64,000 nt of DNA, from contig CAVWBF010000020.1 in assembly GCA_963753085.1 (NCBI GenBank), positions 365 to 64,364 on the forward strand, read 5' to 3'. Positions 30,197 through 38,854 of this stretch are shown here, piece after piece. The DNA comes from an uncultured Spirochaetota bacterium. Its GTDB lineage: Bacteria; Spirochaetota; Spirochaetia; SZUA-6; Fen-1364. The first letter of the stretch is position 1. Each line of letters opens with the position of its first letter. The notes beneath the pieces were generated by a model. That model searched no databases. It worked only from the letters and a program-made list of their open reading frames with translations, and was not told the origin of the DNA. Position numbers and translations under genes: made by a program.

Positions 30197-31049
30197 GCTC
30201 CTGGCCCTCGGGTTGCTTCTGTTCCTGGCCCTGCAGGGATTCACTCAGGACCTGTCGGCTTTTGCGGCGTACCTGTTGAGAAGCGAAGATTATTTCCGGG
30301 CCGTGACGGTGTACAAGGAGCTTGGTTTTTTCGCCTCAGACCCCCAGACTTTATCCAGGGCCCGGATAGGGGAGGGCCTGGCCTATCTCTTATCAGGCAA
30401 ATCGGACCTGGCTTTGGAACCACTGTCCGCTGAAGCGCAAAACGATCCCGAGGGGACGGCCCGGCTCCTCATGGGGCTTTGCTACCTCCGGCAGAGGAAC
30501 CTGTCTCAAGCCGACACCGTGTGGGGGCAGGAACCCCTGCCCAGGCCGACCCCGGAAGCCGCCCGACAGACTTTTCGGGCGTTGTTCCTATTGTCGCTGG
30601 ACAGGACAGCGACTGCCCGAGACATCCTGGCGGCAATTCCACCGGGCACTCTATGGGACGATGCAGTCGTGCAAGGAAAGGTGGTTGTGGGGCAACTGGA
30701 AACCCGGCCCAGGTTCAGCCCGTGGGTGGCAGGCGCTGCCAGCCTCCTGATCCCCGGGCTGGGTCAGATCACCACCGGGCATTATGTCGACGGCGCGCAG
30801 GCTTTCGCCACTGTCGGCCTTCTGGGGGCGGCGACCTATGGGGTTTACCTCTACGATTCCAAGTGCTCATCCAGCTATCTCTACACGGGCATAGGCCTGG
30901 TAATAACCGCTTCTTTCCATGTGGCAAATATTGTTGGCGCCGCAAAAACCGCGGGCTATGCCAACCAGGCCGCCACGGACCGGATCCTGGTCCCCTGGGA
31001 GAAAGAGCTCTGGTCTCACCTGGTCCTGGAGATCCTCGGCGCGCCCTGA
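30171..31049 (+). CDS. TPR-containing membrane-associated protein
   Basis: Signal-like start, TPR-like helices (EDYFRAVTVYKE, ARLLMGLCY) and a C-terminal SLLIPGLGQ hydrophobic region. Confidence 0.7.
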   Translation: MMTTSSKTRLLALGLLLFLALQGFTQDLSAFAAYLLRSEDYFRAVTVYKELGFFASDPQTLSRARIGEGLAYLLSGKSDLALEPLSAEAQNDPEGTARLLMGLCYLRQRNLSQADTVWGQEPLPRPTPEAARQTFRALFLLSLDRTATARDILAAIPPGTLWDDAVVQGKVVVGQLETRPRFSPWVAGAASLLIPGLGQITTGHYVDGAQAFATVGLLGAATYGVYLYDSKCSSSYLYTGIGLVITASFHVANIVGAAKTAGYANQAATDRILVPWEKELWSHLVLEILGAP

Positions 31050-31082
31050 CAAAGGCCAGCCCGCGCCACTCAGAGACAAAAC

Positions 31083-31808
31083 ATGAAGAGGGTATCGCAG
31101 GTGAAGAAGAAAACAGTCGTCCTCCAGGACCCATCCTGGAAGCTTCTCTACGGGGCCGGGAGCCTGTCATCGCTTCTCTACGTTCTTCTCATAGCGGTGC
31201 CGCTTGTGCTCGTCTTCTCGGTGCCCCAGCCGCCGACTTCGGGCGGCGCCGCTGTCCTCAATTACATCGCCTCGCACAAGGCGGCCTACGTCATCGAGCT
31301 GGTTTGCTTCGTGGGACTGAGCCTCCCCGTCCTAGTGGTTTTTCTCGCTCTCTTTGCGGCTTTGAGGCCCCTCGACAAGAACCTTGCGGCGATAGGCGCA
31401 CTGATTGGAATTGCCTCGGAAGTTGTTGCGCTTGCCCTCGGCAGCAGTCCTCCATCCCTCCACGGCGGCCTGGTGTATCTCAGCGACCAGTATGCTGCCT
31501 CAACCGCGGTGGTGGACCGGGCTGCTCTTGCATCCGCGGCGGACGCCCTCATTGCCGCGGCCAACGCCGTCTCCGCCGCCGGGATACTGACAGCCGCCGG
31601 CATCCTGATCCTGTCGCTTGTCATGAGGAAAGGCATTTTCAGCAGATGGGTCGCCTGCGTGGGCATCGCAACAGGCGCGGTCGGAATCATCAGCGAAGCA
31701 TTCCGGCCCATGATAGGCTTTGCCTACAGCCTGTACGGGCTTCTCCTTCTTGCCTGGTTTATCCTTGTGGGACTGGGGCTCCTCAAGCTCTCAAGGGAAA
31801 AGTCGTGA
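31083..31808 (+). CDS. DUF4386-like multi-pass membrane protein
   Basis: 241 aa with about 5 TM segments and a C-terminal LLLAWFILVG. Confidence 0.6.
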   Translation: MKRVSQVKKKTVVLQDPSWKLLYGAGSLSSLLYVLLIAVPLVLVFSVPQPPTSGGAAVLNYIASHKAAYVIELVCFVGLSLPVLVVFLALFAALRPLDKNLAAIGALIGIASEVVALALGSSPPSLHGGLVYLSDQYAASTAVVDRAALASAADALIAAANAVSAAGILTAAGILILSLVMRKGIFSRWVACVGIATGAVGIISEAFRPMIGFAYSLYGLLLLAWFILVGLGLLKLSREKS

Positions 31809-31843
31809 CGTCCGGGCTCGGATTCAAAAATCGGGAGGTGTGT

Positions 31844-32329
31844 ATGCGTCAGAACTTTCTAACGGCCATGCTTGCAGTGGTCCTGCTGGCTGCCGGGCCG
31901 GCTGCGGTAGCGGGCGCGGATTCCACGGAAGCGGCCGTCGCGGCCATCAGGCAGGTCTGGGCTAATTACGCCAGCTTCGTCGAGACGGGGGACTCGGCGG
32001 AGTGGTTGTCCCAGTACGATGCGGAGGGCATTCAAATGCGGCCGGAGAGTCCCGCCCGCGGGAGACCTGAGCTCGATGCCTTTGTCCTCAAGTCATGGAA
32101 ATCGCGGATGGACGCTTTTGACACGAGGATGAGCATCACGCCTCTCGAAATCGTGGTTACGGGACCGTGGGCTTTCTCCCGGGGAGTGTTCACGCAGGAC
32201 TTGATTGCGAAGGACACGCAGAAAACGGTTCATGTCGACGGCAAGTTCCTGACCATCCTCCGGCAGCAAAGCGATGGTTCCTGGAAGATCTACCGGGACT
32301 GCTTCAACTCGAACGTGCCCGCGAAATAG
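31844..32329 (+). CDS. Exported SnoaL/NTF2-like (DUF4440/YybH) protein
   Basis: GGAGG RBS, signal peptide, EIVVTGPWAFSRG and GKFLTILRQQSDGSWKIYRD. Confidence 0.8.
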   Translation: MRQNFLTAMLAVVLLAAGPAAVAGADSTEAAVAAIRQVWANYASFVETGDSAEWLSQYDAEGIQMRPESPARGRPELDAFVLKSWKSRMDAFDTRMSITPLEIVVTGPWAFSRGVFTQDLIAKDTQKTVHVDGKFLTILRQQSDGSWKIYRDCFNSNVPAK

Positions 32330-32340
32330 GGGACCGGCTT

Positions 32341-33294
32341 TCATTTCTTCCGCCGTGAAAGAACCGCCGCCAGGATGATGAGGCCCTTGATGATCTGCTG
32401 GTAGTAGGACTGGACATTGTACTGGTTGAGCAGGTTGTCGATGACTCCCAGGATGAGCACGCCCCAGAAGGTCCCGATGGCTCCGCCGCCGCCGCCGCCG
32501 AGGATGCCCCCTCCAATGACCACGGCAGCAATTGCGTCGAGCTCGAAACCCGCGCCGAAGCTGGGTTGCGCTATTCCCAGCCGGGAGGAGAGGAGCACTC
32601 CCGCCATCGCGGCGAAGAACCCGCAGAGTATGTAGGCCAGGAGCAGGTGTCCCTTGACGTTGATGCCGGCAAGGCGCACCGCTTCCTCGTTGCCGCCTAT
32701 GGCCACCACGGCGCGGCCCGGGATGGTCCGGTTGAGGAAGACCCAGATGACGGCAAAGCAGGCCACCATGATGACAGAGGCCGTGGGCACCGGGCCGATG
32801 AAACCCCCGCCGAGCAGGGCGCGGAAAGCCGGGTTGACCGGTGTCTGGGGTGTCTCTGAGAATACGTAGGTCACTCCTCGAACCACTCCCATGGTGGCGA
32901 GGGTCACGATGAAGGGCTGCAGCTTGAACCGGGCAATGAAGAAGCCGTTTGCTCCTCCCACGGCAATCCCGACGGCAAGCGCAACGAGAATAGCCGCGGG
33001 CATCGGCATCTGTTTCTGGAGACCGGTGGCCATGATCCCGCACAGGGCGACGGTTGATCCCACCGACAGGTCGACACCCCCCGTCAGGATAACGACGAGC
33101 ATGCCGATGCTGATGAGGCCGTTGGTGACGATCTGTCGGGATATGTTGATGAGGTTCCGCGACGTGAAGAACGTCTCCGAAACCACGGAGCTGATCATGA
33201 TCAGCACCACGAAGATCCCGACGAAAGCGAAGTCCGACCACCGGATCCTCGCCGTTTCTCTCATCCTCACCATGAACGGAGCCGCCGCTTTCAT
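32341..33294 (-). CDS. Sugar ABC permease (RbsC-like)
   Basis: GGVDLSVGS, AIGGNEEAVRLAG and ELDAIAAVVIGG. Confidence 0.92.
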   Translation of the reverse strand: MKAAAPFMVRMRETARIRWSDFAFVGIFVVLIMISSVVSETFFTSRNLINISRQIVTNGLISIGMLVVILTGGVDLSVGSTVALCGIMATGLQKQMPMPAAILVALAVGIAVGGANGFFIARFKLQPFIVTLATMGVVRGVTYVFSETPQTPVNPAFRALLGGGFIGPVPTASVIMVACFAVIWVFLNRTIPGRAVVAIGGNEEAVRLAGINVKGHLLLAYILCGFFAAMAGVLLSSRLGIAQPSFGAGFELDAIAAVVIGGGILGGGGGGAIGTFWGVLILGVIDNLLNQYNVQSYYQQIIKGLIILAAVLSRRKK

Positions 33295-34805
33295 GTTTGT
33301 CCCTCGCCTTTGGTGACCCCCGCAGCGCGCTGGAGGAGCGCCTCTTCGCTCGCCTCGGCCCTCATCAGGTTTGCCACGAGCTTTCCTTCCCGCATGACGA
33401 GGATCCGGTCGCTCATGCCCAGCACCTCCGGCATCTCGGAGGAAATGAAGAGAACCCCCACTCCCTCGTCGGCCAGGTTGTTGATAAGATGGTAGATCTC
33501 GACCTTCGCCCCAATGTCCACCCCGCGTGTCGGCTCGTCAAGGAGCAGCACTTTCGGCCGGGACAGGAGCCACTTGGCAAGGACAACTTTCTGCTGATTG
33601 CCGCCGCTCAGGGTCCGCACGGGCTTCCCGATGACCGGCGGCCGCACCCCGAGGGCCTCTACCTTCTCCTGGACCAGCCGCCGCTGCTCTGCGCGATCCA
33701 GGAACCCGCCCCGGCTCATGCGGGGGAGAGCGGCGAGGCTCACGTTGTCGCGGACCGTCTCGCTCATCACCAGGCCGTCGCGCTTTCGGTCTTCCGTGAC
33801 CAGGGATATCCCCGCATTCACCGCGTCGCGAGGGGAGCGCAGGCGCACCTGTTTTCCCTCGATGCGGACGCTTCCCGCGGTGGCCGGCTCTGCGCCGAAG
33901 ATGCCGCGTGCCACAGCGGTCCTCCCGCTGCCGACAAGGCCGAACATCCCCACGATCTCGCCGCGGCGCAGGGAGAACGTGACGTTTCGGTACTCACCCT
34001 CCCGGCAGAGGTCCTCCACGCGCAGGATCTCCGCGCCCGGGGGCGTCGATCGCCGGGGGTAGATTTCCTCCATTGAACGTCCCACCATCATGCGGATCAG
34101 TTCGTTCTGATCCACGGACCTCCTGGGCACGGTGTCCACCAGCTCGCCGTCGCGGAGCACCGTGATGCGGTCCGCAATCTCGAAGACCTCTTCCAGGCGG
34201 TGAGAGATGTAGAGCACCAGCGTGTTGTCGGCTTTGAGCCGTCGGATCAGGGAGAAAAGCGTGGCCAGCTCGTCCTTGGAGAGCACCGCCGAAGGCTCGT
34301 CCAGGATCAGGATCTTCGGTTTTTCCGCAAGAGCCTTGGCGATTTCCACGATCTGCTGGTGAGAGACGCTGAGCCGTGAAACCCGCGATCGGGCGTCCAG
34401 CGCCATGAACCCCAGCTCTGTGAGGATATTTCGAGCCCTGACGTGGGCTTCCGGCCAGTCGATCCAGAAGCCCTGGCGGTTGGGCAGCTTCCCTATCAGG
34501 ATGTTTTCGGCAACGCTCAGGTGCGGAACAAGGCTGAACTCCTGGTGCACCGCGCGGATGCCGAGCCGGTTGGCCTGCTGAGGAGTGTTCATGGTCACGG
34601 GTGCGCCGTTGATCGTGATCTTTCCGGAGTCCGGCATGATTGCTCCGGAAAGGACATTCATCAGCGTGGACTTGCCCGCGCCATTCTCTCCAACCAGAGC
34701 GTGGATCTCGCCGAGCCCGGCGGACATGCTCACGTTCCTCAGCGCGACGGTGCCCCCGAACCTCTTGTGGATTCCTTCCATTGACAGGAAGCAGCCTCCG
34801 TTCAT
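33291..34805 (-). CDS. Sugar ABC ATP-binding protein (RbsA-like)
   Basis: GENGAGKS, ILDEPS, LSGGNQQKV and LDEPTRGVDIG. Confidence 0.93.
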   Translation of the reverse strand: MNGGCFLSMEGIHKRFGGTVALRNVSMSAGLGEIHALVGENGAGKSTLMNVLSGAIMPDSGKITINGAPVTMNTPQQANRLGIRAVHQEFSLVPHLSVAENILIGKLPNRQGFWIDWPEAHVRARNILTELGFMALDARSRVSRLSVSHQQIVEIAKALAEKPKILILDEPSAVLSKDELATLFSLIRRLKADNTLVLYISHRLEEVFEIADRITVLRDGELVDTVPRRSVDQNELIRMMVGRSMEEIYPRRSTPPGAEILRVEDLCREGEYRNVTFSLRRGEIVGMFGLVGSGRTAVARGIFGAEPATAGSVRIEGKQVRLRSPRDAVNAGISLVTEDRKRDGLVMSETVRDNVSLAALPRMSRGGFLDRAEQRRLVQEKVEALGVRPPVIGKPVRTLSGGNQQKVVLAKWLLSRPKVLLLDEPTRGVDIGAKVEIYHLINNLADEGVGVLFISSEMPEVLGMSDRILVMREGKLVANLMRAEASEEALLQRAAGVTKGEGQT

Positions 34806-36250
34806 GTGTCTGCCCCGGGAAACGCGTTGTGAAAGAGAACGACTTTCTGTTCGGTCATCTCCTCCAGCGTGTCATGAATCCCCTCGCGGCCGTACCCGCT
34901 CATCTTCGTGCCTCCAAAGGGGAGATTTTCCGACCGCAGAGCTGAAGACCAGTTCACAATGACTCCCCCCACCTCGAGCCTGCGGGCCATGCTGAGGGCC
35001 CGGGAGATGTCGTTTGTGAACACGGCTGCCTGCAGCCCGAAGGAGCTGTCATTCGCCATTGCCACCGCCTCGTCGTCCCCTGAAAACGAAACGACAGGCG
35101 CAACCGGACCGAATGTTTCCTCCCGGAACAGCGGAACCTCGGGCGGCACATCGACAAGCACCGTCGGAGTGATAAATGATCCGCGGCGTTCCCCGCCACA
35201 GGCGAGGCGCGCGCCGGCCTTCACAGCCTCCGCGATTGCATCCTCCACCTTTCGTGCCGCTTGCTCGCTGATCAGGGGGCCGACGTCCGTCTCCTCGCAG
35301 AGCTGGTCTCCCACGCGGAGCGCCTTCGCTTTTTCGCAAAGGCGCGCGCAAAAATCGCCATATACCCTGCGATCCACGAAGACTCTCTTCACGGCGCAGC
35401 AGATCTGGCCGTTTCCCCGGGCCAGGCGGCCCAGGACTACTGCCTCCGCGGCCTTTTCCAGGTCGGCGTCTGCGCAGACGATCGTGGCGTCGTTGCCGCC
35501 GAGCTCCAGGTGGATCTTCTTGAGTGTTTCCGCTCCGATGGTCGCTATCCTGATCCCCACCGCCGTGCTCCCCGTGATGGAAACAAGCCGTACGATCGGG
35601 CTTCGGGCCAAGAGCTCTCCGACCAGCTGACCCGGCCCCGTCACCATCTGGTGCGCGGCGCGGGGGAGGCCCGCCTCCTCCAGGATGGCCGCTATACGCA
35701 GGAGGGTCAGGGGGCAGGCGCTGGGCGGTTTCGCAACGACGGCGTTGCCCGCCGCCAGCGCGGGAGCTGCCTTGTGGGCGTACAGCTCCACGGGATAGTT
35801 GAACGGAACAATCGCTGCCACGACGCCCAGGGGCTGGCGGACGGTCATGGCAAAATGCCTCTCGTTGCCGGGCACGGCATCCATGGGAAAGGTCCTGCCG
35901 AAGATCCTGCGCCCTTCCTCGGCGAAGCCCCGGAATATCCGGGACGTCACTTCCACCTCGTCCCTTGTCTGTCGGATGGGCTTGCCGTTTTCGCGTGCCA
36001 GGAGCGTAGCGAGCTCCTCCCTGCGCTCGTGGATTGCCTCCGCGGCTGCTGTCAGGACAGCGGAGCGCGCGTGCGCCGGCATGGCGCGCATGCGGCGGCT
36101 GCCCTGGGCGGCTGCGCGCAACGCGCGCTCCACGTCTGACGGGGTTGCCACGGGAACGGTCTCGATCTGCTCTCCTGTCCCGGGATTCCGCACGTTCAGG
36201 ACCTTGCCGTCGCCTGAATCCACCCACTGGCCGTCGATGAGCATTTCCAT
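34802..36250 (-). CDS. NAD(P)-dependent aldehyde dehydrogenase
   Basis: IVPFNYP, ITGSTAVG, LELGGND, catalytic GQICCA and EETFGPV. Confidence 0.92.
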   Translation of the reverse strand: MEMLIDGQWVDSGDGKVLNVRNPGTGEQIETVPVATPSDVERALRAAAQGSRRMRAMPAHARSAVLTAAAEAIHERREELATLLARENGKPIRQTRDEVEVTSRIFRGFAEEGRRIFGRTFPMDAVPGNERHFAMTVRQPLGVVAAIVPFNYPVELYAHKAAPALAAGNAVVAKPPSACPLTLLRIAAILEEAGLPRAAHQMVTGPGQLVGELLARSPIVRLVSITGSTAVGIRIATIGAETLKKIHLELGGNDATIVCADADLEKAAEAVVLGRLARGNGQICCAVKRVFVDRRVYGDFCARLCEKAKALRVGDQLCEETDVGPLISEQAARKVEDAIAEAVKAGARLACGGERRGSFITPTVLVDVPPEVPLFREETFGPVAPVVSFSGDDEAVAMANDSSFGLQAAVFTNDISRALSMARRLEVGGVIVNWSSALRSENLPFGGTKMSGYGREGIHDTLEEMTEQKVVLFHNAFPGADT

Positions 36251-36270
36251 GTTGATCTCCAGAGAAAGAA

Positions 36271-36299
36271 TCCCGGCCCCCCGCGAAGGGAGGCCGGGG
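36271..36299 (-). terminator. Hairpin after the binding-protein gene
   Basis: On the minus strand CCCGGCCTCCC-ttcgc-GGGGGGCCGGG, followed by ATTCTTTCT. Confidence 0.55.
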
Positions 36300-36306
36300 A
36301 AAGATC

Positions 36307-37260
36307 CTAGAACACGCTCTCGGGAATGTAGAACCTGGCCACGTTGTCGATCGTGATCAGGGGTGAAGGCAGAACCGTGTCCTTCTCCGCCTGCGCACCG
36401 GCCAGGAGCGACATGAGGCGCGTGAACCCAGCGCGGCCGATCTGGTCGGAGCTGTTCAGCCCTGTGCAGGCATAGTTGGTCTTGTTCATGATCTGCTCAA
36501 GGGCGGCTTTCTCGCCGTCCACGCCGGCGATGAAGATCTGTTTCGTGCGGCCGGCATCGCCAATGGCCTTCTGGGCGCCGAGCGCCATGGAGTCATTCTC
36601 AGCAAAGACGGCGTCGATCTGCTTGTACTTGGCGAGCAAGTCCTCCATGAGCTTGAATCCGCCGTCGGAGCTCCATCCGCCGAAGTTGGGCGCCATGACG
36701 ACGTCGATCTTGCTCTTCTTCACCTCGGAGAGCATGCCGTTCGTGCGGTCCAGACCGATGGAGTTGTCAGCCGGTCCTCCGCGCAGCACTACCAGCCGGC
36801 CTTTGCCGCCGAGGCGCTTCACGATGTACTGGCCGTCCTGCTTTCCGATTGTCAGGTTGTCGGGGCCGACCCAGCTGGTGTAGTCCCCGCCCTTGAGCTT
36901 GCGGTCGACAAGGACCACCGGAACGCCCGCCCGCTGGATGGCGTCCAGGGCCTCGGGGGCGGCTTCGAGCCATGCCGCGCTGATGATGAGGCCGCTCACG
37001 TTCTGGGCGAGGACATCTTCAACGTCCGAGGTGAGCTTTTGCGCGTCTCCCTTGGCGTCGGTGGTGATCACCTTGATGTTGGCGAAATGGTCTGCTTCCT
37101 GCTTCACTGCCTGGGACATGCCGATGAAGTACGGGCTGGTGAGCGCGAGGTTCACCATCCCGATCTTGATCTGGCCCTTTCCCTGCGCCGCCGCGGAAGT
37201 GGCGGAGAATGCCAGCGCAACCGCGCAGGCGATGAATACGAGGAACCCGAGCTTTTTCAT
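36307..37260 (-). CDS. Sugar ABC substrate-binding protein (RbsB-like)
   Basis: Signal MKKLGFLVFIA, VVLVDRKL, VFAENDSMALGA and IAGVDG. Confidence 0.9.
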   Translation of the reverse strand: MKKLGFLVFIACAVALAFSATSAAAQGKGQIKIGMVNLALTSPYFIGMSQAVKQEADHFANIKVITTDAKGDAQKLTSDVEDVLAQNVSGLIISAAWLEAAPEALDAIQRAGVPVVLVDRKLKGGDYTSWVGPDNLTIGKQDGQYIVKRLGGKGRLVVLRGGPADNSIGLDRTNGMLSEVKKSKIDVVMAPNFGGWSSDGGFKLMEDLLAKYKQIDAVFAENDSMALGAQKAIGDAGRTKQIFIAGVDGEKAALEQIMNKTNYACTGLNSSDQIGRAGFTRLMSLLAGAQAEKDTVLPSPLITIDNVARFYIPESVF

Positions 37261-37318
37261 AAGTCTCCCCTTTCGATTGGAATAGCCGGAAAACTTCCGG
37301 CCGTGGCTCTCAGGAGAC

Positions 37319-37335
37319 TGCAGGTACTGTGCCAA
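37319..37335 (-). promoter_or_regulatory. Sigma54 (-24/-12) promoter of the ABC/ALDH operon
   Basis: Minus-strand TTGGCACAGTACCTGCA has GG and GC separated by exactly 10 nt, 59 nt upstream of the binding-protein ATG. Confidence 0.75.
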
Positions 37336-37418
37336 GGCGGACCGGCCGAAAGAGAATTACAGGAGAGTGATGTAATTTACTGTATCACAGCATCTTATGA
37401 GACAGGAAAGAAAAAGCG

Positions 37419-37448
37419 TTGACAGCCGGGAGAGGCCGAAGGTATAGT
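37419..37448 (+). promoter_or_regulatory. Sigma70 promoter of the regulator pair
   Basis: TTGACA-N18-TATAGT. If it is real, the regulator starts downstream of 37451. Confidence 0.55.
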
Positions 37449-37450
37449 GC

Positions 37451-38854
37451 TTGTGTAGAAATTACTCACCTTGCGGAGCCGCCTTGGGTAATATCGACGA
37501 GCAGCGCGCCAGGTCCAATCTCCTCATCATCGACGACAAGGTGAAGCTGTGCAGAAGCCTTGCGCGCAACTTCGAGCACGTGGGGTTCACCACATCGATC
37601 GCCACCTCGGGTCAGGAAGCCCTGTCCCGTTTTTCGGCAACGAGGATGGACGCCGTCCTGCTGGACATCATGCTGGGAGAGGAAAGCGGCATCGATGTTC
37701 TCAAGAAGCTCCTTGCCGTGGACAAGAACGTGCCCGTCATCATGATCACGGCCTACGCCTCTGTGGACAGCGCCGTTCAGTCTCTCAAGCTTGGCGCTTT
37801 CGATTACGTGAAAAAGCCGCTGGACTTCGACGAACTTTTGAAAACGGTTGAGAGGGCATGTGAGTTCTCCCGGCTCCGCGACGAGAATGTGCGGCTGAGA
37901 AACCGCCTCAAGGAGCTGTCCGCGACCATCGTGACGGGAGATTCGCGAATGGGCGCCCTCGTGCGCAAAGTGGAAAAGCTGGCCGCCACGGATCTTCCCG
38001 TGCTGATCTGCGGGGAAAGCGGGACGGGGAAAGAAGTGCTTGCCGACTATGTCCACGCCGCCTCGGCCCGAAGCGCCATGCAGATGGTGAAGATCAACTG
38101 CGTCGCGTTTCCAGAGACTCTCCTCGACAATGAGCTTTTCGGTCATGAGAAAGGCGCATACACGGGGGCGGATTCCGTCTTCAAGGGATTGTTCGAGAAG
38201 GCGGATCGAAGCACCCTTTTCCTCGACGAGATCGGGGACATGCCGCTCAGCATCCAGGCCAAGATCCTCAGGACGCTTCAGAACAACGAGATCAGGCGCC
38301 TGGGCGGAAACGAGACCATCCGAGTGAACGTTCGGTTCATCGCCGCGACGAACAAGGACCTGGGAGACCTGATAGGAAAAGGCCAGTTTCGGGAGGACCT
38401 TTACTACCGGCTGAACGCCGCGGTGCTTTCCATCCCCGCCCTGAGGGAGCGCCGCGACGACATCCCGCTTCTCGTGGAGCACTTCCTTGCAGAGCGGTCG
38501 CCCGGCGAGCCGGCCCCGGGCGGCCCCTCCCCGCGAAAGGAAATGACGGCCGAGGTCATGGCTCGGTTCCTCCAGTATGACTGGCCGGGGAATGTCCGCG
38601 AGCTGAAGAATGTCGTCAATTATGCCGCGGCGATGTCATCGGGAGACAGGATCGGCCTCGAGGACCTGCCTGTCCACTTCCTGGGGGGCGCGCGCATCGC
38701 GGGCAGCGGAAATATCCGCGAGGACATGGAGAGGGCGCTTATCCTCAAGATCCTCCAGGGCACCAAGTACAACCGCTCGAAGGCCGCCGATCTCCTGAAC
38801 ATGAGCCGAAAGACCCTGTACACCAAGATGGTGAAGTATGGTCTCAATTCCTGA
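37451..38854 (+). CDS. Sigma54-dependent response regulator (NtrC/AtoC type)
   Basis: REC (LLIIDD, LLDIML), AAA+ (GESGTGKE, GAYTGA, LFLDEIGD, WPGNVRELKN) and a Fis-type HTH. The true start is uncertain and may be a little downstream. Confidence 0.93.
   Translation: MCRNYSPCGAALGNIDEQRARSNLLIIDDKVKLCRSLARNFEHVGFTTSIATSGQEALSRFSATRMDAVLLDIMLGEESGIDVLKKLLAVDKNVPVIMITAYASVDSAVQSLKLGAFDYVKKPLDFDELLKTVERACEFSRLRDENVRLRNRLKELSATIVTGDSRMGALVRKVEKLAATDLPVLICGESGTGKEVLADYVHAASARSAMQMVKINCVAFPETLLDNELFGHEKGAYTGADSVFKGLFEKADRSTLFLDEIGDMPLSIQAKILRTLQNNEIRRLGGNETIRVNVRFIAATNKDLGDLIGKGQFREDLYYRLNAAVLSIPALRERRDDIPLLVEHFLAERSPGEPAPGGPSPRKEMTAEVMARFLQYDWPGNVRELKNVVNYAAAMSSGDRIGLEDLPVHFLGGARIAGSGNIREDMERALILKILQGTKYNRSKAADLLNMSRKTLYTKMVKYGLNS

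Noticed and set aside
32480-32505. GCC/GGC trinucleotide run
   Set aside because: It encodes the Gly-rich GGGGG motif of the permease and is not an independent repeat.
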